From the NCBI GenBank assembly GCA_003979345.1, contig RYVZ01000019.1, positions 499 through 64,498 on the forward strand: a stretch of 64,000 bases of DNA. Direction: 5' to 3'. Below, in pieces: positions 20,223-28,961 of this stretch (position 1 is the stretch's first letter; each line of letters opens with the position of its first letter). The stretch comes from Lachnospiraceae bacterium (GTDB lineage: Bacteria > Bacillota > Clostridia > Lachnospirales > Lachnospiraceae). A program made the translations under genes and the position numbers. Below the pieces are notes generated by a model. That model made no database searches. It saw only the letters and a program-made list of their open reading frames with translations, and was not told the DNA's origin.

Positions 20223-21388
20223 ATCAGATTCTCAAGATCACTTTCACAACTTTGTATCAATAGAAGCACCTGATAAGAATCATTGGCATGTTTTACATCG
20301 TTCATACTGAGGTAATACGCTGCAAATAAAATTTCGATACATTCCATCACACATGGAATTGCCTTTTTTTCGTTTTCAGATAGCTGAATCACACTTTCAT
20401 ATCCTGCAAGCACCAGGCCTGCGATATCGATCCATTCCATTTTGGTAAAGGCGTCCTCTGTCTCCTCCGCTAACAATCCGCTCAAAAAGTAGCAAATATC
20501 AAATATCCTGATGTTTCTCTGGCTCAGATCAAAATCAATATATCCGGAGAATTTGCCTTCAAAAAATAAGAAATTTCCAAAATGAACATCCCTGTGGATC
20601 AATTGCTTTGGCAGGGAATCATATACGGATTCTAACGCTTCCACTGCTTTTCCATATTCTTCTTCCCCTATGATCTCCCATTCATTCTTTACTAAGTTTT
20701 CCCGTACCCAGCCTTTCATCTCCTTTAACAGACTATTGTCCCAAAAGCCGACTTCCCCTTCGCATCTCAAAAATGCAGCATGTAACTGTGCAATTGCACA
20801 GCCCATTTCCCGCGCAACTGCTTTATCTTTCATATTGGAAATATTGCTTCCCTTTAATTTTTTTGATATCCAAAAATAATGACCCTGACACTCAGCATAT
20901 TGATCCCCCAATGCCGTAGGAACTGTCTTTGCAACCGGAATCTCACAGTCTGACAGTATTTCCGATATTTTGATATTTCTTTCTAACTGCTCCTTGTCAC
21001 GATACACTTTTATGACATAAGAATGATTGATTTCCCATACTGAGGGATAGATTTGTGACAATTGCCTGCACTCAATCTCCCATAAAGGCAGGACCTTTTC
21101 TATTTTTTCTTTCATTTTCTGATAACGCACCTTTTCTTTTGAAATAATCCTTCTGATACTTGCCCCCGATAAATGATAAATATTTGCAAGCTGTCCGTTT
21201 TTTCTTCCTTCCAGATGCTTCAAATAAATATCCTGATTACGTTTCTCTAACTCGATTTGATAGTCCGTCTGCCGCTTTCGCTTACCATAGCTTTCTTTTG
21301 GTATATACAAATAACCGCCCTGATAATAGGTTCGAATCATTGAAAGTAATTCTTCGGGTAAAATGTCCTTCGCATTGATATATTTCAT
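20219..21388 (-). CDS. fusion protein: N-terminal HTH (Mor/CD3324-like) domain plus APH/choline-kinase-fold phosphotransferase
   Basis: The C-terminal part carries the catalytic loop LIHRDVHFGNFLF and the metal-binding IDFD. The N-terminal ~90 aa (YIPK...RNQDIY..HL.G...QLA..Y.LS...IRRII) resemble a small HTH regulator. RBS GAGG lies 7 nt upstream. Confidence 0.75.
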   Translation of the reverse strand: MKYINAKDILPEELLSMIRTYYQGGYLYIPKESYGKRKRQTDYQIELEKRNQDIYLKHLEGRKNGQLANIYHLSGASIRRIISKEKVRYQKMKEKIEKVLPLWEIECRQLSQIYPSVWEINHSYVIKVYRDKEQLERNIKISEILSDCEIPVAKTVPTALGDQYAECQGHYFWISKKLKGSNISNMKDKAVAREMGCAIAQLHAAFLRCEGEVGFWDNSLLKEMKGWVRENLVKNEWEIIGEEEYGKAVEALESVYDSLPKQLIHRDVHFGNFLFFEGKFSGYIDFDLSQRNIRIFDICYFLSGLLAEETEDAFTKMEWIDIAGLVLAGYESVIQLSENEKKAIPCVMECIEILFAAYYLSMNDVKHANDSYQVLLLIQSCESDLENLI

Positions 21389-21419
21389 TGATATTCCTCA
21401 CTCCATAAACCTCTATTTC

Positions 21420-21425
21420 ATTATA
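21420..21425 (-). promoter_or_regulatory. -10 box (TATAAT) of the candidate promoter for the kinase-methyltransferase operon
   Basis: Minus-strand TATAAT ~30 nt upstream of the ATG at 21388. The -35 region overlaps an inverted repeat. Confidence 0.4.
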
Positions 21426-21504
21426 ACAGACGATATTTGTGTGTAGGTGATCATCTTTGTTTCTGAATAAAATGTGATCACACAAACAGGATTCCCGGTT
21501 AGTT

Positions 21505-21549
21505 CAAAAAATCCCCTTGTCTTCGTCCGTCAGGGCAAATACAAGGGGA
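21505..21549 (-). terminator. rho-independent terminator after the alarmone synthetase gene
   Basis: TCCCCTTGT / ACAAGGGGA 9-bp stem (21512-21520, 21541-21549) followed by TTTTTTG on the minus strand. Confidence 0.65.
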
Positions 21550-21615
21550 TATGCATATCATATTATTCCATTTTATAAGGCTTCAAACACTTTGAAAAAC
21601 AGAGATCGTAAGCCA

Positions 21616-22371
21616 TCACTCATTGTATTCGATTCTCGCACGGATATGCTGCATCCGCGCATCCAGACGCGCACTCTCTTCGGCGCATTCTTTTAATTCC
21701 GCCGCGATCTCCTCAGCGCAGTCCAAATCTTTTTTATATCGCAACTTGTGTTCCAGCGACGCCCAAAAATCCATCGCGATCGTGCGAAGCTGCACTTCCA
21801 CACGCATCATCTTCTTTTCATCCGCAAGGAAGATCGGCGTCTCTATGATCAGGTGCAGACTGCGGTAGCCATTACCTTTCGGATGGCGGATATAATCCTT
21901 CGATGACACAAGCTCCACATCATCCTGCTGCAACAGATATCGGGCGATCAGATATACATCCTCCGGAAAAGAGCAGATGACCCGGACGCCTGCGACATCA
22001 TTCAGGTTCCCTTCAATATTCGCGACTGTCTGCGCAAGACCCTTCCGCCTTAACTTTTCCGCAATACTGTGCGGGTGCTTTAACCTTGTTTTGATCGTTT
22101 CGATCGGATTGCGGTCATATTGCTGTGAAAGCGTCTCATTCAAAACGCGGATCTTGGTTTCCACCTCCATGATCGCACAGCGATAGCAAGCCATTAAAAA
22201 AGAAAATTTCTGCCCGATCTGCTCTAACTGCGAAACCTCTATCAATTCTGCCGCGTTCTCCGCCACATCTACTACGGCTATACTTTTCCCTGCCGCATTG
22301 TTCTTTTTATTTCCACCAAACACCTTATATGATCCTCCGGTTTCTGTTGCTGGTATCATGTCTGTCGCCAT
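21616..22371 (-). CDS. small alarmone synthetase (RelP/RelQ-type GTP pyrophosphokinase)
   Basis: Motifs AGVRVICSF, NGYRSLHLII and EVQLRTIAMDFWASLEHKLRYK. No RBS precedes ATG 22371. A GTG at 22323 has GGAGG 10 nt upstream, so the start is uncertain. Confidence 0.9.
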   Translation of the reverse strand: MATDMIPATETGGSYKVFGGNKKNNAAGKSIAVVDVAENAAELIEVSQLEQIGQKFSFLMACYRCAIMEVETKIRVLNETLSQQYDRNPIETIKTRLKHPHSIAEKLRRKGLAQTVANIEGNLNDVAGVRVICSFPEDVYLIARYLLQQDDVELVSSKDYIRHPKGNGYRSLHLIIETPIFLADEKKMMRVEVQLRTIAMDFWASLEHKLRYKKDLDCAEEIAAELKECAEESARLDARMQHIRARIEYNE

Positions 22372-22417
22372 TATACCATAAAACCAAACCGGAAAAACTT
22401 ATCTTTCTATGAAGATT

Positions 22418-22981
22418 TTATAATCTATTTTCTAACTGACAGTCATACGGTTCCGCCTCAACATGCTTTTGATCGTAAACCTGTGCCTCAACACACCCCA
22501 TTTTCTCATAAAAACGCTGACTCTCGACTGCTGAATGCGCCGATATATACAGTTTAGAAGCTCCGTGTTTTTTTGCCCACTCTTTTGCTGCCAAAAACAA
22601 AACAGTTCCGATTCCGTTCCCGCGCAATTCCTCCGACACATGGATGCATGACAGATCTAAGTATCTCTGCTCTCCGCCCGACAGCATGCTTTCCACAGAA
22701 GTGAATCCTTTCAATTTTCCTTCATAAAAAGCGCCATATACAAAACCATTCGTTTCGAGCGTATGCTTTAGGCAGACGACCAGTGTCCGGTAATCTTCTT
22801 CGGACCAGTCATCAATAAACGGGTCCTCCCTGATCACCCATCCGTCTTTTTCCCTGCGCCGGCATTTTGTCACAACCTGACGTCTGTTAAAGTCCCGGAA
22901 CAATTCTGTGTTGATCTCATCCGCATGCAATTCCCGATATTGAATTTCATTTTTCATACTTATCGATTCTTTTTCTCTCAT
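22418..22981 (-). CDS. GNAT-family N-acetyltransferase
   Basis: Acetyl-CoA binding motif RGNGIGTVLFLAAKEWAKKHG. Start uncertain (22981 or 22957). Confidence 0.8.
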   Translation of the reverse strand: MREKESISMKNEIQYRELHADEINTELFRDFNRRQVVTKCRRREKDGWVIREDPFIDDWSEEDYRTLVVCLKHTLETNGFVYGAFYEGKLKGFTSVESMLSGGEQRYLDLSCIHVSEELRGNGIGTVLFLAAKEWAKKHGASKLYISAHSAVESQRFYEKMGCVEAQVYDQKHVEAEPYDCQLENRL

Positions 22982-23037
22982 TTCTGTTTATTTTTTCGTT
23001 CTCTGCCGCTCTGCCTTTTCACGGTATGCCGTCCCTG

Positions 23038-24024
23038 CTATGATTCCGCCTTCGTGTATTCCGGCATCGTCATGGCTTCCATATCGTTTGTCACAAGACC
23101 AGCCGTATGTTCAAACTCCGCATAAATATGTCCGTCCTCTGAAACAATCACGGCAAAAGAAGCCCATCCGTCCGTCGGTACTTCGACAGTCAGCCGTTTT
23201 GCCGTTCTTCCCTGCTCAAGCACGACGGCTTCTTCTCTTACAAATCCGATTTCCGCCGGGAGGCGAAAGCTCATTTCATAATCCTCCCGAAACAACACCG
23301 CCCTCATAAAATCGTCCACTTCTCCGCCAAAATACTCCTCAAATTGTCCCGCATTCGTATAGACTGGTTCCTCCCTGCAATATTCCCCATCCACAGATAC
23401 CCGGTTTCCCAAACCAAGCTCATAATCCATTCCGGTTGCAGATACCGTCAGTACGTAAGACGAAGTTTCCCCGTCATCATTCTTTGACCAAACAAACGAA
23501 ACATACTGCTCCTCATCTTCCTCATAAGGTAAAATCTTTGCAATCGCCAATTCTGGCGTTACAAACCATGCCTCACCTGTTAATGCTCCTGTATGGTAGA
23601 AATATTGACAAAACAACTCAAAGGTAAAAGACTCTTTCGTCTGCTCCGCGATCACAAACGTTCCGTCCAGACCCGTATGTATCTGCGTACGGTTCCACTC
23701 GCCGCAAAAATCCGCCGCCTCCTCCACCGGACCTCTCAATTCATAGATCCGTTCTCCAAGCTCCCGCTCGATATTCCTTGCCGCTTCTTCAATCTGCGCG
23801 TCTGTGGTAAGAGGTACCGCATCCGCGCTGTCCGTATTTCCCGCGCTGCCGTCCCCACCCCTATTCTCAGATACGTCTCCATACAATCCTGATCCGCTCC
23901 AAGATGTGGAAATCCCGGTGTTTTCCGTCTCATTCCGTCCCGCTCCGCACGCTGCCGCGCCGAGGCAAAACAACACCGTGACCACGGCACAGAATCCTTC
24001 TTTCATCCGTCTTCTATTCATCAT
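23038..24024 (-). CDS. lipoprotein of unknown function
   Basis: Signal peptide with lipobox LGAAAC. Last gene of the RR-ABC-HK cluster. Confidence 0.65.
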   Translation of the reverse strand: MMNRRRMKEGFCAVVTVLFCLGAAACGAGRNETENTGISTSWSGSGLYGDVSENRGGDGSAGNTDSADAVPLTTDAQIEEAARNIERELGERIYELRGPVEEAADFCGEWNRTQIHTGLDGTFVIAEQTKESFTFELFCQYFYHTGALTGEAWFVTPELAIAKILPYEEDEEQYVSFVWSKNDDGETSSYVLTVSATGMDYELGLGNRVSVDGEYCREEPVYTNAGQFEEYFGGEVDDFMRAVLFREDYEMSFRLPAEIGFVREEAVVLEQGRTAKRLTVEVPTDGWASFAVIVSEDGHIYAEFEHTAGLVTNDMEAMTMPEYTKAES

Positions 24025-24103
24025 TCTGTCTACGCTTCCCCTATTTCAGATCCGTTCGTTTCTGTAAGTTCCGTTTTCCACATTTTGAAACCGGTCACTG
24101 CTG

Positions 24104-25051
24104 TCATCTCCGTTTTTCCTGCTCAGCGTCTATCCTGTCAAATACCACCGTCACTGTAAAGACATCCCCGTCAAGCGATGCACTCATGACAGCTCCCATT
24201 TTTTCCGCCAGAGAGCGCGCAATCGCAAGTCCGAGTCCCGTGGAACTTTTTGCCGATGCACCGGTTGTCCGCGCGTTGTCTGCACGGTAAAAACGCTCAA
24301 ATACTCTGTCTATATCGATCTGCTCCGCGTTCTCCGTTCTGTTGGCGCATGAAAAAACAATCTGTCTTTCCCGCGCCTCAAGGCTGATGCGCACATCATC
24401 CCTTCCATGTTCTAAGCTGTTCTTGATCATATTTAACAGCATCCGACCGATCATCATTTCGTTTCCGTTCGTATAGACACGTTCCTCACAGACCGTTATC
24501 CGCGGTTCCAGCCCGCGGGCCTTGCAGTCTTCATAAAAAGAAAAAACTGTATCATATACAATCCGGTTTAACTCCACACATGTAAGCTCCGGCTGATACG
24601 CGTTGTCCTGAAGCTTCGCATACAGAAAGAGTTCATCCAAAATCCCGCGTAACGACTCCAGCCTTTTTCGGATGATCGTGATATAGCGCGCCTGATCCTC
24701 TCCTGATACAGCCTCCTCCAGAAGCTGAACATATCCGTCCAAGGAAGTCAGCGGCGTTCTGATATCATGGGAAAGATTCGCGACTGTCTCCCTGATCACT
24801 TTTTCCTGCGTTTGAACCTCCCGGCGCTTTTCCTCCGACTCCACCAACAGTTCATTCAGCTCGTCCGCTAACCGCCCCATTCCAAACCACATACTGTCCG
24901 CCGTCACTTTCATGTTCGTCTGATGGCTTTTGATAAATTGAAGCTGGCGGCAGATGCTCTTCATCTGCCGCCGGTACCGGATCATGATGCTTCCTGCCGC
25001 CGCTGCCATGACTGACATGCAGACAGCCGCAAATATCCATAACCATTCCAT
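24104..25051 (-). CDS. sensor histidine kinase (short, single N-terminal TM helix)
   Basis: H-box LSHDIRTPLTSL and G-box GLGLAIARSL. RBS AGGAGAG. Confidence 0.88.
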   Translation of the reverse strand: MEWLWIFAAVCMSVMAAAAGSIMIRYRRQMKSICRQLQFIKSHQTNMKVTADSMWFGMGRLADELNELLVESEEKRREVQTQEKVIRETVANLSHDIRTPLTSLDGYVQLLEEAVSGEDQARYITIIRKRLESLRGILDELFLYAKLQDNAYQPELTCVELNRIVYDTVFSFYEDCKARGLEPRITVCEERVYTNGNEMMIGRMLLNMIKNSLEHGRDDVRISLEARERQIVFSCANRTENAEQIDIDRVFERFYRADNARTTGASAKSSTGLGLAIARSLAEKMGAVMSASLDGDVFTVTVVFDRIDAEQEKRR

Positions 25052-25168
25052 ACCGATCTCTCCTGTCCGGTTCCCCGGACTGCAACATGCTCTTATGTTT
25101 CCTGATCATTTCTCTCATATTGCCTGATGCTTTTCGTATCATGTCAGTGCTGTATGCGTCCCGCTAAA

Positions 25169-26128
25169 TCACCTCACATCCCTCTTTCGGTAAATAATAC
25201 CTGAAATGACAGCCGCTATCAGGACATACACAACAGCGAGCACCAAAAAGCCTGCAGTCTGCCTCAGCGTACTCTCAGTGGTCATATTGGCTGTTGCATT
25301 CGTTAGCGCAATCTGCAAAATATCAAACGAGTCCGCTGACGGTATCAACGCATGTACTGCACGATTCAGATATCCGGCAACCAATTGAAAAATACCGCTC
25401 GCAAGCAGAATTCCGGTCGTCATGGCAAATGCCGTACTCCTTGTAGCCATTGTAAACAGCGCGATCAGGCATCCCCACGCAACATGCAGCACATATTGCA
25501 TGCCAAGAGCCCCCGCCAATGCACCAGAATTCTCAAAAATCAAACGTCCGCGGAAGAAAATGGCGCTCGCCGCCAGATTGGTGATACAAAACACGGAAAA
25601 CAGAATAAATACCTGCACCGCAACAGCCGGCAGCTTGGAAAGCGCGAGCATCTCCCTCCTTGGTATCTGCCCCGCAATATTTTTGATATATCCCTTCTTC
25701 TGTTCCGCATTGACAAACAATGGAACAAAGATGGCGATAAACACGACAAGCAGACAACTGTTTAGTTCGGACATCAGCATATCTCCCGCAACAATCTCTC
25801 CGCTTATCCAGCTTTCGTCCGTAGGAGCGCTGATCCCAAGCGTAAATCCTTCTCCGTCAAAGTCACCCTCTCCCGTACTAATAAATCCGTCTGAAAAACC
25901 GCTGGCAAAACTCTCCGCCGGTGTCTCATCCTCCCGGCTCTCATTTTCCGTCACTTTCTGCTGAATCTGTTCTGCTCCCTGTGTTTTCTGCTCCTTTTCC
26001 ATCATCCGCAGATCCACATTCACTGCAAACGTGGTCATAACGACAATTCCCACTATCACGGCAATACTCACATAAATTGAAACCGTATGAATCAAACGGT
26101 ACAATTCCATTTTAATCAGTCCGATCAT
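25169..26128 (-). CDS. ABC-2 type exporter permease
   Basis: One N-terminal TM helix, a ~90-aa loop, then 5 TM helices. Its start overlaps the ATPase stop (ATGA). Confidence 0.7.
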   Translation of the reverse strand: MIGLIKMELYRLIHTVSIYVSIAVIVGIVVMTTFAVNVDLRMMEKEQKTQGAEQIQQKVTENESREDETPAESFASGFSDGFISTGEGDFDGEGFTLGISAPTDESWISGEIVAGDMLMSELNSCLLVVFIAIFVPLFVNAEQKKGYIKNIAGQIPRREMLALSKLPAVAVQVFILFSVFCITNLAASAIFFRGRLIFENSGALAGALGMQYVLHVAWGCLIALFTMATRSTAFAMTTGILLASGIFQLVAGYLNRAVHALIPSADSFDILQIALTNATANMTTESTLRQTAGFLVLAVVYVLIAAVISGIIYRKRDVR

Positions 26129-27042
26129 TCTTTTCCACCTCCGGTCAAATTCAGGAAATACTCCTCCAAAGACTCGCTCTTTAAGGCAATGCCAAGCACC
26201 TTGATGCCTTCTTTTGAAAGCGCCATCGTAATATCGCCGCTGTCATCCAGACGCTCATAGATGTGAATGGTATATTCATCCTTCACCTGATAATTCTGAA
26301 TACCCAGTGCCTCAATGACCGTGCAGGCACGCCCCGAATCGTCCGTCTTTAGCTCGATGCGCTCACAGCATTTTTGAAGTAATTCCTCTCTTGTCAATTC
26401 TTCCAGCAGCGTACCATTATGAATGATGCCGTAATTCGTGGCAAATTTGGAAAGCTCATCTAAAATATGACTGGAGATCACGATTGTGATATGTCTTTCT
26501 TTATTCAGTTTCATTAAAGTCTCACGGACTTCCGCAAATCCCTGCGGGTCTAAGCCGTTGATCGGCTCGTCTAAGATCAACAGATCGGGATCTCCCACAA
26601 GCGCCAGCGCGATGCCGAGCCGCTGTCTCATCCCAAGTGAAAAATTGCGCACTTTTTTCTTTCCCGTATCAGCAAGTCCTACCGTCTCCAACAGTTCCTC
26701 AATATATCCTTCCCTGCGCACACCCATCGCCAGACATTTCACTTTTAAGTTCTGTCTTGCCGTCATATCGGGATAAACGCCCGGCTCCTCGATCAGGGCG
26801 CCGACCCTGGAACGCTCCAGTGTCGCCTGTCCGGAAGCTTTACCGAAAATCCTGTAATCGCCCGTTGTCGCATGAGCAAGCCCGCTGATGATGCGCAGAA
26901 TCGTCGTTTTTCCCGCGCCATTTCTCCCGATCAGTCCGTAAATATCCCCCTGTGCAACATGAAGACTCACCTGATCTAACGCTTTATGCCTGCCATATTG
27001 TTTTGTCATCTGGTTTGTTTCAAGCAGCCATTCCTTTTCCAT
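26125..27042 (-). CDS. ABC transporter ATP-binding protein
   Basis: Walker A GRNGAGKTT, signature FSLGMRQR, Walker B LILDEP. RBS GGAGGAG precedes the ATG at 27042. The listed ORF extends spuriously to 27177. Confidence 0.92.
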   Translation of the reverse strand: MEKEWLLETNQMTKQYGRHKALDQVSLHVAQGDIYGLIGRNGAGKTTILRIISGLAHATTGDYRIFGKASGQATLERSRVGALIEEPGVYPDMTARQNLKVKCLAMGVRREGYIEELLETVGLADTGKKKVRNFSLGMRQRLGIALALVGDPDLLILDEPINGLDPQGFAEVRETLMKLNKERHITIVISSHILDELSKFATNYGIIHNGTLLEELTREELLQKCCERIELKTDDSGRACTVIEALGIQNYQVKDEYTIHIYERLDDSGDITMALSKEGIKVLGIALKSESLEEYFLNLTGGGKE

Positions 27043-27202
27043 CGCTCTCCTCCTTCTAAAACAGCCTGCGCATCCTGCCCTCCGGTCATGATCTGTCCGA
27101 CGTTCGATCAATAACAGGCTTTTGCATCTGCTGATGTTCTTATCATACATCACAGGCGTCAAAGAAACGCTAAGCAAAGTTAAAGAAATGGTAAAGATGC
27201 TC

Positions 27203-27895
27203 TTATTTTGCCATTTTGAACCCGATTCCCCATACCGTTTCGATATATTCTTTTTCCGTTTCCGCTTTTATCTTTTTTCGGATATTACTGATATGAACAT
27301 TGACTGTCTTGTCCTCCCCGATATAGTAATCCTCCCATGCATAATCATAAATCTCCTGCTTGGAAAATACCTTATCCGGGCGCATCATCAAAAGTTCAAG
27401 TATCCGGAATTCATGTTTGGTCAGATCAAGGGGACTCTCGTTCACACAGGCGGTAAAACCCGTTCTGTTAAGCGTAATCTCCCCGTATGTTAAAAAATCA
27501 TGTTCTCCCTCATCCCCGGCATACCCCGCGCGCCTCATAAGCACACCGATGCGGGCGACAAACTCCTTCACTTCAAACGGCTTCGTCATATAATCTTCCG
27601 CCCCTGCCGTCAGAAGGTCCACTTTACTCTCAAGGCTGTCCTTTGCAGAGACGACCATGACCGGAACAGATGCCTTTGCGTTGCCGCCATGCAGCTTCTT
27701 CAGAACTTCTTCCCCATGCATCCCCGGCAGCATCAGGTCTAGTATAATGACGGAAAATCTATCACTCTCCGCCCGCAGAACCCCCTCCGTACCGGAAAAC
27801 GCCTGCACACAGGAATACCCCGCTTTTGTCAGCGCCTCACGCATGACATTGTTAATATCTGTATCATCTTCTATGATCAGAATCGGTCTCATCAT
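27203..27895 (-). CDS. OmpR-family response regulator
   Basis: REC domain (IIEDD, ILDLMLPG, SAK) and a winged helix (IETVWGIGFKM). Confidence 0.92.
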   Translation of the reverse strand: MMRPILIIEDDTDINNVMREALTKAGYSCVQAFSGTEGVLRAESDRFSVIILDLMLPGMHGEEVLKKLHGGNAKASVPVMVVSAKDSLESKVDLLTAGAEDYMTKPFEVKEFVARIGVLMRRAGYAGDEGEHDFLTYGEITLNRTGFTACVNESPLDLTKHEFRILELLMMRPDKVFSKQEIYDYAWEDYYIGEDKTVNVHISNIRKKIKAETEKEYIETVWGIGFKMAK

Positions 27896-28018
27896 GACTT
27901 CCGCTCCATTCCATTACCGGATTTCTTTCATTACTGACTTTCTTTCACGAGTGTTTTTGTCATAATAACTTTTTCAATATGGCATTTTCCATAATGACTA
28001 TTAATCCAAGTCTTGTCC

Positions 28019-28774
28019 TCACAGCAAAAGTTCCGCTCCCCTTACGATTCTGTCCCGGTATGGTTCACTGCACGGTAATGACAGCAACCGGTCAACGACA
28101 GCCTCATCGTCCCAATAGTGCATGGGATAAGCGTGTGCGGTCTCCACATGTCGCATAAAAAAGTCAAACCCGAGCGCGAATTTTTCGCCCTGTCTGCCAT
28201 CCAGCGGCAGGCACGCAAGATCCATGCGCTCACCCGAAAGCTTTTCTATCTCGCCCTTATATGCGCACTCCATGCCGCGCGCATCCTCTTCACTCTCTCC
28301 CTCCCAGGTCCACCAGTTTAAGTCTCCTGCGTGAAAGATATGCCGCTCCCCTGCTTCTACTACAAATGCTACACCCGCGTCCGTGGAACGTAACGTACGG
28401 ATGCAAAGCAACGATGAATCCTGCCCGTCCGGTCCATTTCCTTTTCCCACAAGGACTTCCTCCCCCGTTTTCACGAAGATGATCCGCTCATATTGCTCGT
28501 TTGTCACTCCCTGACGTAAAAAGAAATTCCGGTTATATTTTCTTTTGATATCGTTAGAAAGAATATAAAACACATGCGGATGCGCGCGCAATTCTTCTTT
28601 GGTAAACACCGAAAAACTGAAATGATCCTGATGCACATGACTGGCAAACACATACAACGGCATGTCAGTCCTAATCGGCGGCAGCGCCCCTTCATAATAG
28701 TCAAACAGCATCGCACATTGTGCAAGTTCTATATAAAATCCACTGTGGTAAATGTGTGTGACCTTCATTTCCAT
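28019..28774 (-). CDS. MBL-fold metallo-hydrolase
   Basis: HxHxDH motif (HVHQDHF) and a later conserved His/Asp. Confidence 0.75.
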   Translation of the reverse strand: MEMKVTHIYHSGFYIELAQCAMLFDYYEGALPPIRTDMPLYVFASHVHQDHFSFSVFTKEELRAHPHVFYILSNDIKRKYNRNFFLRQGVTNEQYERIIFVKTGEEVLVGKGNGPDGQDSSLLCIRTLRSTDAGVAFVVEAGERHIFHAGDLNWWTWEGESEEDARGMECAYKGEIEKLSGERMDLACLPLDGRQGEKFALGFDFFMRHVETAHAYPMHYWDDEAVVDRLLSLPCSEPYRDRIVRGAELLL

Positions 28775-28784
28775 CCTGCTCTCC

Positions 28785-28813
28785 TTGCCTTATCCGGCGA
28801 AACGTCCTATAAT
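28785..28813 (+). promoter_or_regulatory. candidate promoter for xth (TTGCCT-17-TATAAT)
   Basis: TTGCCT at 28785-28790, 17-nt spacer, TATAAT at 28808-28813. This would place the hairpin repeats in the xth 5' UTR. Confidence 0.5.
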
Positions 28814-28830
28814 ACAAATAAATCGAAGAA

Positions 28831-28930
28831 TCTAAAGACCATCATAGAAACTGCGAAGCAGTTTCTAAATTCTAAAGTGCATCATAGAAACTGCCTTGCA
28901 GTTTCTATGATCTAAAGACCATTATACATA
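28831..28930. repeat. 2.5 copies of a 40-bp tandem repeat, each containing a 10-11 bp hairpin
   Basis: TCTAAAG starts at 28831, 28871 and 28911, an exact 40-bp period. Units contain TAGAAACTGC-GAA-GCAGTTTCTA and CATAGAAACTGC-CTTG-CAGTTTCTATG. Confidence 0.85.
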
Positions 28931-28961
28931 AAACAGTTCAAAATAACAACGGAGGTTCTAT

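Noticed and set aside
21616-22371. Toxic small alarmone synthetase (toxSAS) toxin-antitoxin module with the neighbouring GNAT or kinase
   Set aside because: The sequence is colinear with housekeeping RelP/RelQ (ICSF, YRSLHLII, QIRTIAMDFWASLEHK). The gene is monocistronic with its own terminator and has no small adjacent antitoxin ORF.
28831-28930. Possible mini-CRISPR array
   Set aside because: The 40-bp units are directly adjacent with no unique spacers. There are only 2.5 copies, and no cas genes are in the window. It is a tandem hairpin repeat, not a CRISPR array.
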